A stretch of 64,000 nucleotides of DNA from Gracilinanus agilis (lineage: Eukaryota). A program made the position numbers and the translations under genes. Within the stretch, counting starts at the first letter, position 1. Each line of letters begins with the position of its first letter. Below, piece by piece: positions 35,756 through 49,607 of this stretch. The notes below the pieces were generated by a model. The model did not search any database. It worked only from the letters and a program-made list of their open reading frames with translations, and was not told where the DNA came from. The stretch is from assembly GCF_016433145.1 (NCBI RefSeq), contig NC_058132.1, positions 298,419,267 to 298,483,266 on the forward strand, written 5' to 3'.

Positions 35756-38700
35756 GCTTCCTTTTCCCCTTCTAGTGGTTTCCATGAGGACCTGCTCAGG
35801 GGCCCCCAAAGAAGGGCTCACAAAGTGTAGGATTCCTTGTACTTTGAAGTTCACCTGTCACGGCTTCTCCAAAACCATCTTTAACACATACTCATTTTTT
35901 CCCACTTAATAAACTCATTATAATGCCTCATCTCTCTTTGGCTAATGACATTTGCCTCATCTCTCCAGTAGATTGTTTCCCTTTTGCAATCTGGAGCCCT
36001 GTCTTTTCTTTCCTATGTATCCCAAGCGAATGGTAAGGATACAAATGTTCACTCAGCAAATACTTGTTTTGGCTCATCCCATTTGTACATATTTTACCAA
36101 ATAAGCATACCTTGTAGTACTCAGAATTTTAACCAATAAATAAAATGAGGCCATGAATCTTGAGTATAATATCATTTATTAATAGGGGTATGTGGTCTAT
36201 TAATAAAAGACAGATCAATGGCATGCCTCCATTTGTACCAAAGACCCAGAGCAAAGCTGACAGCATCTTTTATTCCTAGATGTGTCTTCTTTCTGATTGA
36301 CTCAACGGGCATTTGGATCTCCCCTGGCAGTTCTGTTTGGTGGATATTTTTATGAGGAGGATGGCTCAGAGATCTTAGCTCCTGCTCTATTACTTCATTG
36401 TTGGGAGAGGAAGGACTCCTCATCTAGTGGATCTCTATAGCTTCCCTACAGCTAAGGAAAATAGCAAGCCCATCCCTAGCTGGCACTTAAGAAATGCAAT
36501 GTTAGCTAGTTTATGAAACCCAGCTTCCTCTGACAATCTTGGACTAGAAAAACATAAGCTATCTTTATCAGTTTTTCCACTGGCTCTTTCTCCTGTTGCA
36601 GACCAGGTCACCCCAAATCTTGATAAGGGCATGTGCTGGGGAAGGCCTTGCTCTAGCTGGTTTTTATTTATAGGATAAACAAAAAGTAAAGGTCTCTGCC
36701 CAGGTAGATGCCTTGGGGTGGGAGCAGGACTATTACCTTACTCAGTTATGCCCTTGAGGAACTAACTGCCTGACCTTCCGAGGATGGAGGCTGAGGAAAT
36801 GAATGAATCCACATAGAAATATTGGTCATAAATAATGCAATCTAACATTAATTTTCCTCAGTCTTTCATGTCTCTGCCTATTGAAATCCTTTCCTTCTTT
36901 TGAGGTTCAGCTCAGGTACGACTCCTTTGAAATGCTTTCCTTGTTTCTTCAACTGGATGTGATCCCTTCTTCCTTACTGTGCATATTTGTTTGCACATAT
37001 TCTCCTATGTTTATACTTACAAACAGAAGTACTTGTCTATCACAATGGTTAGCTAGGTATAGCTTAACTGAAGTCATGAAGGCTTGTTCAAAATCTTGCT
37101 CAAAGCCTTGTCCATCCGGGGTATGATGGTAAATGTTTAATAATTGGTGCTCTAAGGGAAAAAATGGCAAACTTTTAAGTTTAAGTTTCATTATTGACGA
37201 TTTCCCCATCACCTTAAGTCTAAACCATCAGTAAAATGATAAATCAAGCCATGGTTTATATACCACTTTGACTATTTCTGAGATATAAATGCTAACACCA
37301 AAAATTTAACAACCAGCTCTTGTGAGCCAATGTGAATTGGCTTCAGTAACCCCTATGCAGCATTACCAAATTTCTTAGTTTGCCCTGGATTTATTGTCCT
37401 GGTATTGCCTGTTCCCTCAGCAGGGGAATCGGGCTCTGTAACCCATTGTTCTACTGTCCTCTTCTATACTCATGCCAATTATTCCCAAAGAAAGTTGTTA
37501 TTCGGGGAGATGCTAATTATAGAACTGCTTATAGGCTCCAAAGTCTAGACTCTAGGGTTTTTCTTAGAAACTGGAGAAAGGGCAAATATGAATTGGATAT
37601 GGAACAGGCAGTTTATTCCCACACAGAAAGGGGGATACTAAGTCATAAAGAATCATAGAACAATTAGGATCCAAAAACTTGTCACAATTAACATAATTAT
37701 TTGAGAAGCTGACATTCAAACCTTGTTGGGACCCAAAAATCCAATTAAACATTAAGCAAGATCTTCCTTCCTGTGGTCTTATTTTCTCTCTAACGTTGAC
37801 CCTTTCCTGGCTACCAGTATATTCCCTCTGTTGCTATATCCAGTAGCCGCTGCTACTTCTCACAGCACTCTGAGGGCTTCCTGGACCATTAGATGTTCAC
37901 AAGGTGGATGCTAAAGGAAGAGGCAACCAAAGGTTCTGGTACAAGTTTAGCTGAGTTCCTGACATTGGCTGCCATTTTGCCAGAGTAGAAAATACATTCC
38001 TTACCCAGTCCTGGATGAAATCCTATCTTGTTGCCAGAAGTGTGGAAACCAAGACTATCACCAGTTGGAAGCTGCCATTTCTTCTAAACACTATGGTACC
38101 CTGTATCATTAACTTTGTTTTAGTTCAGTTAAAGGGACACAACCCAGTAGTCACACAGAGCCAGAAACAGGCAGGATATCTGTGCATGCTCAAATTTCTA
38201 CATAGGCCCTAACATAAGATATAGAATATTTGTGCTTGTTCTAAGCTGAGGGAGAGAATGGAGATGGGGGACTCATATTGGTTATTTTTGTACATGCTTT
38301 ACTTCCCTCCCCCGCCCCACTCAATTGTAATCTCATTGAAATCAAGGAATGTTTTTCTTTTTTTCTATTTCTAGTCTTAGCACAGGATCTTGTATTTAGC
38401 AGGATCTTAATAAATGTTGAATTAAATTGATTCTGGAAGCACAATTTCAACCAGTCTTCCAACTCTGATAACTATTTTGAGCACAATTATTGGTCTGGGG
38501 ATAGGGGATGAGGATAGAGAGAGCTTCCTGACTACATTTGTTGGTTTATTTTAGAATATGACTTAATGGTCTTGTTTATAGTTTTTGTTAATTGAAGCCT
38601 TAAAAAAGTTGTTAGAACAACCTTTTGAGAAAAAAAAATTACAACAGAAAGTGAGGATAATCTAGGGAGGAGGCAGTTCAGTCATGTTACATAGTTAAAT

Positions 38701-39189
38701 AGACAACAAAGACTTTACAATAAAGCTAAGGGTTCCAGGTTGTTAATTGAACCAGACTTGTTTAATAAAAGAACCATGGTTGGGAACACAGAAAAACCAG
38801 GGGAAGCAATTGCTTGATTTATGGTTTATTGGGACTTTAAAAGGAACGAGCAGTATAGTAATAACAAGGATGTACTCAGGGAGCAATCATTTAATTAAAT
38901 AATGAATAGAAAAGGTAAGATAATTTTAATATACCTTTTTTTTAAATTTGAAGGGAAGACGTGGTAAAAACGACACTATACTTTTATGTGGGAATTATAT
39001 GGGATTATCCAGCATACCACCAAGCAAATACTTAATAAATACTAGTGACCCTTTTATAACAGGTTGACTTTCACAAAACCTTCAAAACTTATGGCTAAGC
39101 CACTTTTTTATTACCATAGTTCCTTTTACCCTCTAACAATTACCATTAGAATTTATCCTAAGCTGGCCAAAAGACATGAATTTCAGCTT

Positions 39190-39925
39190 TGCAACACTTC
39201 TCCCTGTGTCCCCTGACACAACACCTTATCCCTTCATTACTGCAATAGCCTGCTCATGAGACTGCCTGCCTCAAGTCTCTCCCCTCTCCAAAGCATCCTC
39301 TGTCCACTAAAGTGATTTTCCTAAAATGCAAGATTAATTATATCATTCCCCATAACCCCCAGTAAACTCCAGTGACTTCCTATTGCCTCCAGGAGAAGTA
39401 AAAAAATGCTCCATTTGGCATTCAAAGCCCTATGTAACTTACCTCCCTCCAATTTTTCTGGTCATACACCTTATTCCCTAGCACGTACATGATCCGGCAA
39501 CACTGGTCTCCTGGCCATTCCATGAATAAGACACTCCATAGTTCTGCTCTCAGGCATTCTTTCTTTCCATCATACCTGAAAAGCTATCACTTCCTTTCTC
39601 GGACTACTAATTTCCTTGGCCTCTTTTAAGTCACATCTAAAATCTCATTTCTTACAGGAAGCCTTTCCCAACTTCTCTTAACTCTGATGCCTTTCCTCTG
39701 TTAATTATTTCTTATTTGTTTAATATGTAACTTGCTTTATATATGTTTGCATGTTGTCTCTCTCATTAGATTATAAGCATCATGAGATCAGGGACTGGTT
39801 TTTTCCTTTTTGTATCACTGTGGGGTCACCAAGAGTCACATATAACACAAACTGCACAACAACCAAAAGTTCTTAGCCTGGTATATATTAGACACTTAAT
39901 AAATGTTTATTGCATTGAATTGAAT
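39190..39925 (+). mobile_element. L2 3' end, with a short Mar1/RTE-tail insert (about 39820-39865)
   Basis: attactgcaatagcctgctc...gcattcaaagcccta...ttagattataagcatcatgagatcagggactgg...cacttaataaatgtttattg. Confidence 0.85.
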
Positions 39926-40689
39926 TGTATGACCCAGACCAGGGAGAATCACAGGAATTAAAATCAATGTAGGCATAGGGAAGAGGGACTATGGATGAGT
40001 TTGCAAATTAAGTTCTAATGGGTTCTTGAACCCTGCAACATAGGGGTGGTCAATTTATTTCAAGGTGAAAAAGAAGTCCATTTTTCATTGATGTCTCCTT
40101 GAGAGTAATGGAGATAGGAAGAGAGTATTTGAAGAGTGAAACTGAGACAGAAATAAAAGGGAAATCACAGCTACTTAAATACAATCTTAATTCATTTTTT
40201 CTCCCTCTAACCCCAGAAGTAAGTTCTATATGACTAGGTTTAGTCCCAAAGCAGACACATTACTGAGTTATTGAAGAAGTTTAAACTAGTCATTTAATTT
40301 TTGTTATAGACTAAAAATGGCTCGGATAGATTTACAGAAGAGAAACTCCTTCCTGTTCCTCAGAGATCCAAGTTTCATTTTGGATAGAATAGCCAAAGGC
40401 ACGTTTTCAAAAAAATACACAGGGTCATTTTTATAACAGATTGAAAGAACAGAATTAAATTATCTTTGTAGCTGTCAGAGTACTATTTCTTGGGGCTCCA
40501 GAGATGGAGGCATTCACATAAGCAGGGGTCCAGAACCTACGGGAAAAAAAAAAAGGTTTTCAAAAGAATCTCTCCACCCCTTGCCACCAAGCTCCTTAAA
40601 TCATTGGTTCCATTACCACTATTTGGTCACTGATATAATGAATATCCAGTGGGCTCATGTACATGAAGACAATTCTAATGGCATAAATA

Positions 40690-41090
40690 ACAGAAACATA
40701 GAAACTTAGAGTTGGAAAGTGACCTTGGAGAGCCTCTAGCCCAACTTCCTTCATATTACATGAGTTACTTCCTTAACATTTTTGGAAGGTGATCATTTTC
40801 CCACTATTTGAACATTCACTGCTTTTTGAGGTAGTCTGTTCCATTCTGGGATAGACTTCTCTAGAGGTTAGAGAATTCTTCCTTATTTGAAAGATTGAAT
40901 TTGAAATCTCACGACCTGGGACCATCAGATCATGGGATTTAGAGCTAGGAGGGACCTTTTAAAAGCATTACAGTCTGATCCCTTCATTGTATAAATAAGC
41001 AAATTTAAGCCAAGAAAATGTAAGTAACTTTCCCAGAGTCACACAGAGTTGAGACCTGAATTTAGGTGCTTTGACTTTTAGTCTAATATT
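40690..41090 (-). mobile_element. Two MIR3-type SINE fragments
   Basis: aaacttagagttggaaagtgaccttggag; ggatttagagctaggagggacc...aactttcccagagtcacacag. Confidence 0.6.
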
Positions 41091-41134
41091 TTTAAAAATA
41101 ATATTAATAACAAACAAAAATAGTGACAATTATG

Positions 41135-41300
41135 TCATGTAAAATATCATACCAAAATGTCATCATATCATATAGCATCATAAAAGATATCATATCATAT
41201 AAAATGTCATCATGGCACAGAATGCCTTATTATATCATATATCATACCATAAAACAGCATATCAAAATCATATCCTACAATACTATACATATCTACTATT
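41135..41300. repeat. Degenerate (CATAT)n simple repeat
   Basis: atcatatcatatagcatcataaaagatatcatatcatat... Confidence 0.8.
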
Positions 41301-41924
41301 ATTATAATTTAAATCTGGAAAAATAGGGAAGAAACTTCTTTGTAAAAGGCTTAGGATTTTTATTTGAGAAGTTTTTATTTTATCTTAAGGCAATAGGAAA
41401 AATTATTGGAATCATGTGAAAGTCTTATACCAATGGAGTCCTTTTTGCCTTAGCAGATGGTTTTATGAGTTGTTATGATACAAAAAACTCATCACTGAGT
41501 TATCAACCTTCTGATGTCTTTCCACACTTTTCAATGGCATTTGAGAAAAAAACATTTACTAGAAAATAATTCTCTCAAGTAGTAAAAAGGATCAGGTTAA
41601 AAAAGACATAGGAAACAAAGAAGATGAATATTTTTAATACTCTGACACCTTTATTAGGAAAGGATTATGGATTGTGTATCCAATCTTTTCTTAGAAAAAA
41701 GTAAACTAGAAGAAAATACTAGAATAGTCTCTAGAAATTTGACACCCTTTTAATAATAGTTCCCCAAATAAATTTTATATACTTCTTTTTTTGATATTAT
41801 AGGCATGGATATCTGAGACTGTGTAACTGACAATAAATATTCATATCAAAACCTCAACACTCAAGATAAGCTTAGCTAGATTATCAAACAGAATACATTT
41901 TCAACTAGTTTTTTAATTTTAAAA

Positions 41925-43260
41925 TTTTCATTTCATTTTATTATTTTCATAACAAACAAAAGGTTATTTTTAAGTATCTCTGTATATGCAATAAAACAAG
42001 AAAAGAATGATTATATATGAATCTGAAAACCTCTGTAATATACAGCTTACTTTTTTAAAGGCATATAATAACTCAAATGTTACTTTCAAAGCTACCCTGT
42101 GGCGTGTCTGTGTTTCTTCTGAACTTTCTTCAATTCTCTTCTGTATATTCTCTTTTAAATGCCTGCAATTCTCTTTTGTTCTTCCTTTTTTTTTGTGACA
42201 AGTAAAACGGCATTATCACTAGTCTCTTCTTCCCTCCAACTACTCCCCAACATTGAAAAAATAAGAAACAAAACCTTTTAATAAATATGCATAGTCATGA
42301 GCCAGGCTTAGAGATAGGAGGTTGTAGGTTCAAATTTGGCCTCAGATACTTATTAGCTGTGTGTCTATAGTGAGCCACTTAACCCCCATTGCTTACCTCT
42401 TATTATTCTTCTGCTTTGGAACCAATACACAGTATCAATTCTAAGATGGAAGGTAGGGGTTTAAAAAAATATATGTTTAGTCAAAACCACTTCAAACATG
42501 GTCCAGTCTGAAAGTGGATGTCTCCTTCTAAATTAATTCACTCAGCAGCTAGTTAACTTGCTTCATGATCAGTCTTCTCTAGTTCTAGTTGATCTCAGCA
42601 TTGATCAGGTATTAAGTCTTTCAAAATACTCTTTCTTTATAGTGTTATTAACTGTAAAAATTATTCTCTTGGTTCTTTTCAATTCATAAATGTTTCCCCA
42701 AGTTTCTATGATTTTATCTCTTTGGTCATTTTTTTTTACTGTGGAAAAACATTCCATTAAATTTATATGCCATAATTTATTTAACCATATCCAATATGTA
42801 TACATTCCCTTAGTGCCCATTTCTTTGCTACTCTAAAAGAATTATAATAAATAACAGATGTTTTCCCTCTATTTTTGATTTCTTTAGGATATAGGTCTAA
42901 TAGTGTGCATAGACCTAGTGGGTCAAAAAGTATGAAGTTTAGCAGTTTGGGGAGTATAATTACAAACTGATTTTTTTAAATGGCTGGATCAATTCATTGT
43001 TCCACAGATAGTGCTTTAGTACACCTGTTTTCTCACAACCCCTCCAACGAATTTCCTCCTCCTTTTTTGTAACCTCTGTTCTTCATCAGCTTATTGGATG
43101 TGAGGTAGAAACTCAGAGCTGTTTTAATTTAATTCTCTATAATTATTATTGATTTGGAGTATTTTTACATCTACCTATTTGTAGCTTAGATTCCTTCATT
43201 AGAGAACTACCAAATAATATCCTTTTAGCTTTATTTACTAATGAATGTTTCTTCTTATAT
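41925..43260 (-). mobile_element. Old marsupial L1 3' region with a nested SINE (about 42298-42468, +)
   Basis: cataatttatttaaccatatccaat, gatgtgaggtagaaactcagagctgttttaattt are reverse L1 ORF2-end motifs. The SINE is flanked by aaatatgcatagtca / aatatatgtttagtca. Confidence 0.8.
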
Positions 43261-44109
43261 TTTTGAATCAGATTAAGACCCTTTCTGGGCCGTTTCAGAA
43301 GACTCGTTTTTGCCTATTTGTCCATTCTTGCATCTAGGTGAGGCAAAAGTAACAGTTTGGACTTTGGTGATAATAAGACTTACCCTATACTGATTTATTG
43401 TAGTAAATAAAATTTACTGAATCTTGCTGCCTTCTAGATATTTGTGATTATATTATTAGATGTTTTTAATTTTAAAATGTTAGTTCAAAATTCTATTGCT
43501 TTCAGTCAAATGCTAATGAAAATCATGGATTCAGTCCCTATCCTTATCCCCTTGAAAATAATGTATAAATAAGTCAAGTGCTAGGAGTATACTCCTTTCA
43601 AGTTTTCACACAGAGAAACTTGGAAGATTGAATGGTATCTGATGGAAAAGCATCCTGCAGGAGGGACGGTGGAAGGTGATAGCTAGAGGGAAAGGGCTGA
43701 AAAGAGGAAGAGGTACAGAAACACTTGCATCAGAGGTAGACCTGGGGGCTCCCTCTGCTTTTTGCAATTTTAAGGCAAAACTCTCCAATGTGGAGGATGA
43801 AGCAACCAGTGAACTGTGCTTTGAAGAGGCAGTAGGTGTATTGGAAGGAGAAATAGGTTTTTAGAAAAGATCAGTGGATCTGTGCTTGAACTTCACTGCT
43901 GTGGCTGAATACTTGTGTGATCTTGGGCAAGTCTTTTCTCTTTTCTCTGAACCTTCTCTTTTTTTCTTGTTTTCTCCTTCCTTCTAGTTTCTTCTATTAT
44001 CTCTCATCACCATCATTCAATTTTGTGTCTAAGTAGAAAGTAGTAGAGGGAAGGTCCTGATATACCTGACATAAATATCAAAATACGGCAGAGCTGCTTA
44101 TAAATATAA

Positions 44110-44380
44110 GACGTCAGTCAGTTATCATAGTAGGTTTTTATTAAATGGTGAGGTTACAAAGAAAGGCAAAGGCAATCCCTCCCCTCAAGGAGCTCACATT
44201 CTAATGGAAGAGAGACCATAAATAACTAGCTACATACACGATATGTACAAAGTAGATAGAAGTCATCTGAAAGACCTTAGTAGCTGTCAAGAGTGGAAAA
44301 GATCTCTTAGAGAAATTGGGATTTGAAAAGTCATGAAGGAACCCAGGAAAACTAGTAACACTAGAGAAATAATTTCTTAG
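44110..44380 (-). mobile_element. L2 3' end
   Basis: cagtcagttatc...tttattaaat...ccctcaaggagctcacattctaatggaagag. Confidence 0.7.
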
Positions 44381-44384
44381 AAGA

Positions 44385-44790
44385 AAAACAGACTGAGTAT
44401 GGTGTCCAATTGTCAGCGGCATATTTTTAGAGAGGTGGAAAAAGAACCATTGACCAGTTAGAGCACAGCCAGACAAGGGTGGTGAGTGTGATTAGAAGCC
44501 ATGTCATGTAATGATTAGTTGAAGAAGCAAAAGATTTTAGCCTGAAAAACAGAAGACTTTGGAGGACATCATAATATTCAGCATTCTATATTGTTCGAAA
44601 GGGCAGTATTAGAGCTAGATTTTAGCTTGATGTAAGGAAGACCTTAATTAGAGCTGCCCTCAAATGGAATGAGGCTTCCATCTGAGATAGTGAGTTCCTT
44701 GTTTCTGGATATATTAAATAAGGCTTGTGTGTTGTAGAAGAGTATTCAAATAATGGGTACGGAGTTATGCTGGGTGACACTAAAGGTCTC
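44385..44790 (+). mobile_element. L3/CR1 LINE 3' fragment
   Basis: ttagcctgaaaaacagaagacttt and aattagagctgccctcaaatggaatgaggcttcc...gtgagttcc match the CR1 3' region. Confidence 0.75.
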
Positions 44791-44958
44791 CAATTTGGAT
44801 GCTAAAACTACCTTTATCATTAAATCATAACAGTACTTCACTGTGTTATTTTAAATGTAAGATCGAGAATAATTTTGGCCTATATTTTACAGTTGTCAAA
44901 GGAAATTGACATTTTGTAATGATTAGGCATAATCCCATGGTAAACACTAAGTCACTTT

Positions 44959-45136
44959 CAAGGCTTTTTCATCTGGAGTCCATGAATTTTGAACATTTTG
45001 ATAACTATGTTTTAATACAGTTGGTTTTCTTCATGATTGATCCAATGAATTTTAAAGCTTTTTTTCTGAGAAAGATCCAGAGATGTCTGCAGATTGTCAG
45101 AGGGTCCCATGACACAAGAAACAATAAAGAACTCTG
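44959..45136 (-). mobile_element. hAT-Charlie (Charlie4-like) MITE
   Basis: caaggctttttcatctggagtccatgaa...gggtcccatgacacaag...taaagaactctg. Confidence 0.7.
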
Positions 45137-46019
45137 GGGAAAATGAATGACTATCGGGGCAGTATTGCTGGCACCAGGTGTTGGGGCAGGGAAGAGATGG
45201 CGGAAAGAAAGCAAGAGCTGAGAGAAAGATGTGCACGCTGGACTGAAAGACAACAAAGAACAACTTTGCCTGTGTGGCAATTTGCCTAGGGCTCTGTCTG
45301 CAGCTATTATGGGAATGCCTGAGTTAAGATATTAATACAGTTTTAAAAGTGCTGCATGAGAGCCACTGATGGCAATATGGTCTGTCTCCACATTGAAGAT
45401 AATTGAGACTGCTTGTCAGTGATGACTATAGGAGCTGCCTGGACCTGAGGATGAAGGGGTTAAAGACTTTGCTCCTTCCCCCCTAGATGGAAAGGAAAAT
45501 GAGAAGATACAGGAAAATATTCAGATTCTAGAATGAGCAGTGTCTTTGCAAGGTGCTTCCTGACATATGGGACCAGTTCTTTTGGTTGGTCATAGAAGCC
45601 TTCTTCAAATATCTTCCTTTGCTCAGATAGGACCAGAGGACAGATCCCATCTCCCCCTGCTTGTTGGGACCTGACTGGAGGAAAGTGCATTTCTGCTCCT
45701 CAAAATTTTCCCTGTGGGCATGCTTCACAAAAGGCTCAACCTGGTTTTCAGTGAATCATTCCCAGACATGCATTTGGCTTTGTGTTTTTGTGCATTTATT
45801 ACATTAGAAAGCAGATAGCTTGTAATATAAATGTTGAGGGTTTTGGGGGGAGCAGTGATTCTAGAGAAAAGCTTTTAAGTCTTAAAACTTGTGTTTGAGT
45901 CCTGGAGGCTTTGTCATTTACTATCTGAGTGACCTTGGTAGAACTTCTCTGGGCCTCTTAATTTGTATGTAAAACAAAGGTATTAGACTCCATGATTTTA
46001 TTTATTTATTTGTTTGTTT

Positions 46020-46135
46020 GTTTTTTTAAAACCCTTACCTTCCATCTTGGAGTCAATACTGTGTATTGGCTCCAAGGCAGAAGAGTGGTAAGGGCTAGGC
46101 AATGGGGGTCAAGTGACTTGCCCAGGGTCACATAG
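46020..46135 (-). mobile_element. SINE1_Mdo-type 3' half
   Basis: acccttaccttccatcttggagtcaatactgtgtattggctccaaggcagaagagtggtaagggctaggcaatggggg. Confidence 0.93.
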
Positions 46136-46431
46136 ACTCCATGCTTTTTAATTTGGGATGGGGCAAGACTAATTTTCAGCACCTGGTTGATAAGCAAGCT
46201 CTGTTACAAGTTCTGTCAGTGATATGTGGGTGACTGGGTGGTCGGTCTCTCTCCTCTTAGAGGTCTACATTATAATGAGACATGCTTCTGCCATCATGAC
46301 AATAGCCCAATGCATTTAGGTGTCTTTGATGCTACTTACTTTAGTTGATGTCTACAAGGATAGATGACAGAAAGGGTGAAGTGTGCCTGCCTTTGGCCAC
46401 CTTTTAAATTCCCAGGGATACGTCTCCTGGA

Positions 46432-46585
46432 CTCATGTGGTTACATGCCAATTCATGGCATTTTGCCTCTGGGTCCAGTGGCTCATCGGGTTACATGCCA
46501 GTTTATGGCACTCTGCCTATGGATACAGTGCCCGTGTGGTTATATGCCAATGCATGGCACTCTGCCTGTGGATAAAGTGGCTATG
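46432..46585. repeat. Three-copy 49-50-bp tandem repeat with a palindromic core
   Basis: ttacatgcca at 46441 and 46491, ttatatgcca at 46540. Each is followed by N5-tggca-N3-tgcct. Confidence 0.92.
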
Positions 46586-49277
46586 CAAGGATTTGATTGT
46601 GATTTTGTACTTGAAGGGGAGCTTCCATGCTCTTTGGAAAACAGCATGGTACAGTGAAAAGAACACTCGTTCCCAAGCCAGAATCGGTTCCCAGGTCCAA
46701 ATGCTCCCTCTGACAGGTACCACCTATCATGTTGGGCAAGCCTTTTCACCTCCCTTGGCCTTAGTTTATCCACAAGGGGGCTGGACTATGTGTGTTTGAG
46801 GTCCCTTCCCTTTTTCAATCTGATTCTATGATCCTAATGTGTCATCTTCTTCCTACATTCCAAAATGTATTGCCTCCAAACCTTTGGGCATCGCCATTTA
46901 GTTGGAAAAAATGGTACCATCCCACCATGTGTTTAGTTTTCCAGGTTATCACATAGAAGCCACATATGTTGCCTGGCCCCTATCCTTAGATTCACGTATG
47001 AGTTCTTTCTATAGTGAGACCTTTCATGAAGTAAAATAGAATAAGAAATAGAGTAAGCTAGCAAAAGTGTTACAGTATAGTCTAACCATTTCTTCTTTTA
47101 CCTGATGTCTTCTTTACTGGGGTTTATTCTTGTTCTTACATCACTCATAGCATCAGACTACAAAGCTGTTACTTTATGTGATGTCCCTCCCCACACATAC
47201 ACACAAATACATACACCATATAGTCATGATGGTCTTTTCCAAGTATGATTTATCAATCAGTCAAACCTTTTAAGTACCTGCCTTGTGCCAGGAGCTTTGC
47301 CTTTAAGATCTGGGGATACAAAAAAAGACAAAAGTCAGTCCTTGCCCTCAAGGCTTTTATAATCTAATTTTATAATAATTTGATCATCTAGTCAGGACTC
47401 CTCTTTTTACAGATGGGAAAACTGATGTCTTCAGAGGTAGATAGTTTGGCTTGTCCGAGGCCACACAACTAAGTAGCGTTAGACTGTAACTGGAATCCAG
47501 GGTTCTCTCTTTCCAGCCCGTGGTTCTTTCTATCTCCTCATGGTGGATGGCATGTGGCCAAGGCTGCTCTACTTCAAGAGCAATTATAGCCTGTTATGAA
47601 AATTGCTAAAAGAGGCCCAAGCTTTTGTTTGGTGACATCAAGAAGCATGAAATTAAGAACAACAACAAACAATCCAACAATCCAACCGCTGAGCTGTATA
47701 CGTCTGATATTTTCCTTTAGATCATCTAGTTTTGGCATACTGTCTTTTAACAAGCTGATGAATAATTCAACTTCTATTGACTGGATAGTGTTTGTTTTTA
47801 ATCTAGAGGTGTCATCACAGTTCAGTGATTTAATGTGTGCCCTGTGCCACCCTCAGAGTGTATCTTAAGGCAAAATATACAATGCAGAGGGTAAAGAAAA
47901 AAGACCATTTTGCTATATCCAGTGGGTGGGAAGCCTTTTCAACATTAAAGGTTTAAGTTTAAAAGGGAGAGGGGAAGAATAAAGATTTTGTGTGTGGTGT
48001 GTGTGTGTGTGGTGTATGTATACATGCATCACTAATCTTTACGGGACCCTTGTTTCTCTTGTACCACCCCTGCCATTAATGGAGTAGATTGAATGTAGAG
48101 TAGCAATTATCCCATGCTTCATTATAGGCTTGGTTAGGTACTGTGTCACTCTATTCCATCTGTCAGAAAGCCAACGGGGCAGTAATTAGGAAGGAGATGT
48201 GTATTACAGGGACTACTCGTAACAAGCACATTTTTTTTAAACCTGCAAAAGTACATTTTTTAAAGGCAATGACTTAATTGATCAATTCAAAATCATGGGG
48301 CAAACAAATTAAACCAAAATGAGGTAGCTGCAACATTAGGCTGGAGTGTAATGACCCTCAGATAATCCAATGAAATAAGTGCAGTGGGAATAACAAATGA
48401 CTGTAGTTTTTATTGCTACTGTAACCATTTACTTCATTGGTTTCCAGCCCAGTGCTCTTGGACTATTTCTATGTTGGCAAAATAAAGCAAATGGATAGTA
48501 AAGTCGTAAAATTTGGTACTTTCAACCTAAGCCTGCTGGATTATTTATGAAAAAGCTATTGAATCTTCTGGGCTGTTTTTGCCAATTATCTGCTCGGTGT
48601 CCATAAAGCCCTGGAGAGTGTTCTGGTCGGTTGAACTTTGTTAGCATAGGAAAAATTTAACATTTAATAGTAGCCTGCTGAGAAAGAGACTCTCCAGTCT
48701 CTCTCTTGGGAAGTGGTGGTCTCACTTCCTCATTCTAGAATTTATCAGGTGCAAAGGGAGACATCAACAGGAAACAAATTGAGTCTAGGATATTCAAACA
48801 CCTGATTTTTTCCCCCCAAACCATCTAGCTTAGGTCACAAGGGAGCTCTCTGAGAATTCACATGGCTCTGTGAAAATTCATAATATGGCAGAAAAACCTC
48901 TGGCTAGTGTAAGATTGAACCAAGTTCAAGTGTTAGTTCTGTCTCTTCCTTGCTCTGGGATTTTGGACTTGTGACTTTTGTCTTGCCACTGGACTTCTGT
49001 GACTCTGGAAGAGAAAGTGAGGTGGATGACTTTGTGCAACTCTGCCTCATTTAATTCCAATTCACCAGAAAGTCAAGACATTATTGAACTTCTTCAAAAT
49101 GAAGGACAAACAACCAACCAAGGTTGGGCACTGCATCCTCTTTATTTTATCCAAAGTTCCCTTCCAGTCAGCCTAGCTTTCTTCTTATCTTCCAATCCTG
49201 CCATTCTCATTCCTTTGTCTGAATCTTATTCTGCTCCTCTATCCAAATCCTACCCAATCTTCTAAATTCGTTTTATA

Positions 49278-49607
49278 GGGGGCAGCTGGGTAGCTTAGTA
49301 GATTGAGAGCCAAGCCTAGAGATAGGAGGTCCTAGGTTCAAATATGGCCTTAGACACTTCCTTTCCTCTGAGGATATTTCTCTAATAAGAATGTGGATAG
49401 GGGCAGCTGGGTAGCTCAGTGGATTGAGAACCAGGCCTAGAGACAGGAGGTCCTAGGTTCAAATCTGGCCTCAGACACTTCCCAGCTGTGTGACCCTGGG
49501 CAAGTCACTAGACCCCCATTGCCTAGCCCTTACCACTCTTCTGCCTTGGAGCCAATACACAGTATTGACTCCAAGACGGAAGGTAAGGGTTTAAAAAATA
49601 ATAAAAT
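49278..49607 (+). mobile_element. SINE1 head + 38-nt spacer + full-length near-consensus SINE1 (49400-49607), bounded by one 14-bp TSD
   Basis: TSD aaattcgttttata (49264-49277) / aaattcattttata (49608-49621). The full copy has intact A box (TAGCTCAGTGG) and B box (GGTTCAAATC). Confidence 0.9.

Noticed and set aside
36290-37560. Additional LTR-like patches
   Set aside because: GC-richer, with a minus-strand TATA-like site near 36665, but I could not define ends, TSD or a polyA arrangement.
45253-45269. SOXE dimer-like site ACAAAG-N5-CTTTGC
   Set aside because: A single imperfect match; insufficient without conservation or ChIP data.
46364-46799. Overlapping ORFs and a CRISPR-like reading of the 50-bp array
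   Set aside because: Eukaryotic context, only three units, linkers are homologous rather than unique spacers, and there are no cas genes. The ORFs simply reflect the stop-poor repeat.
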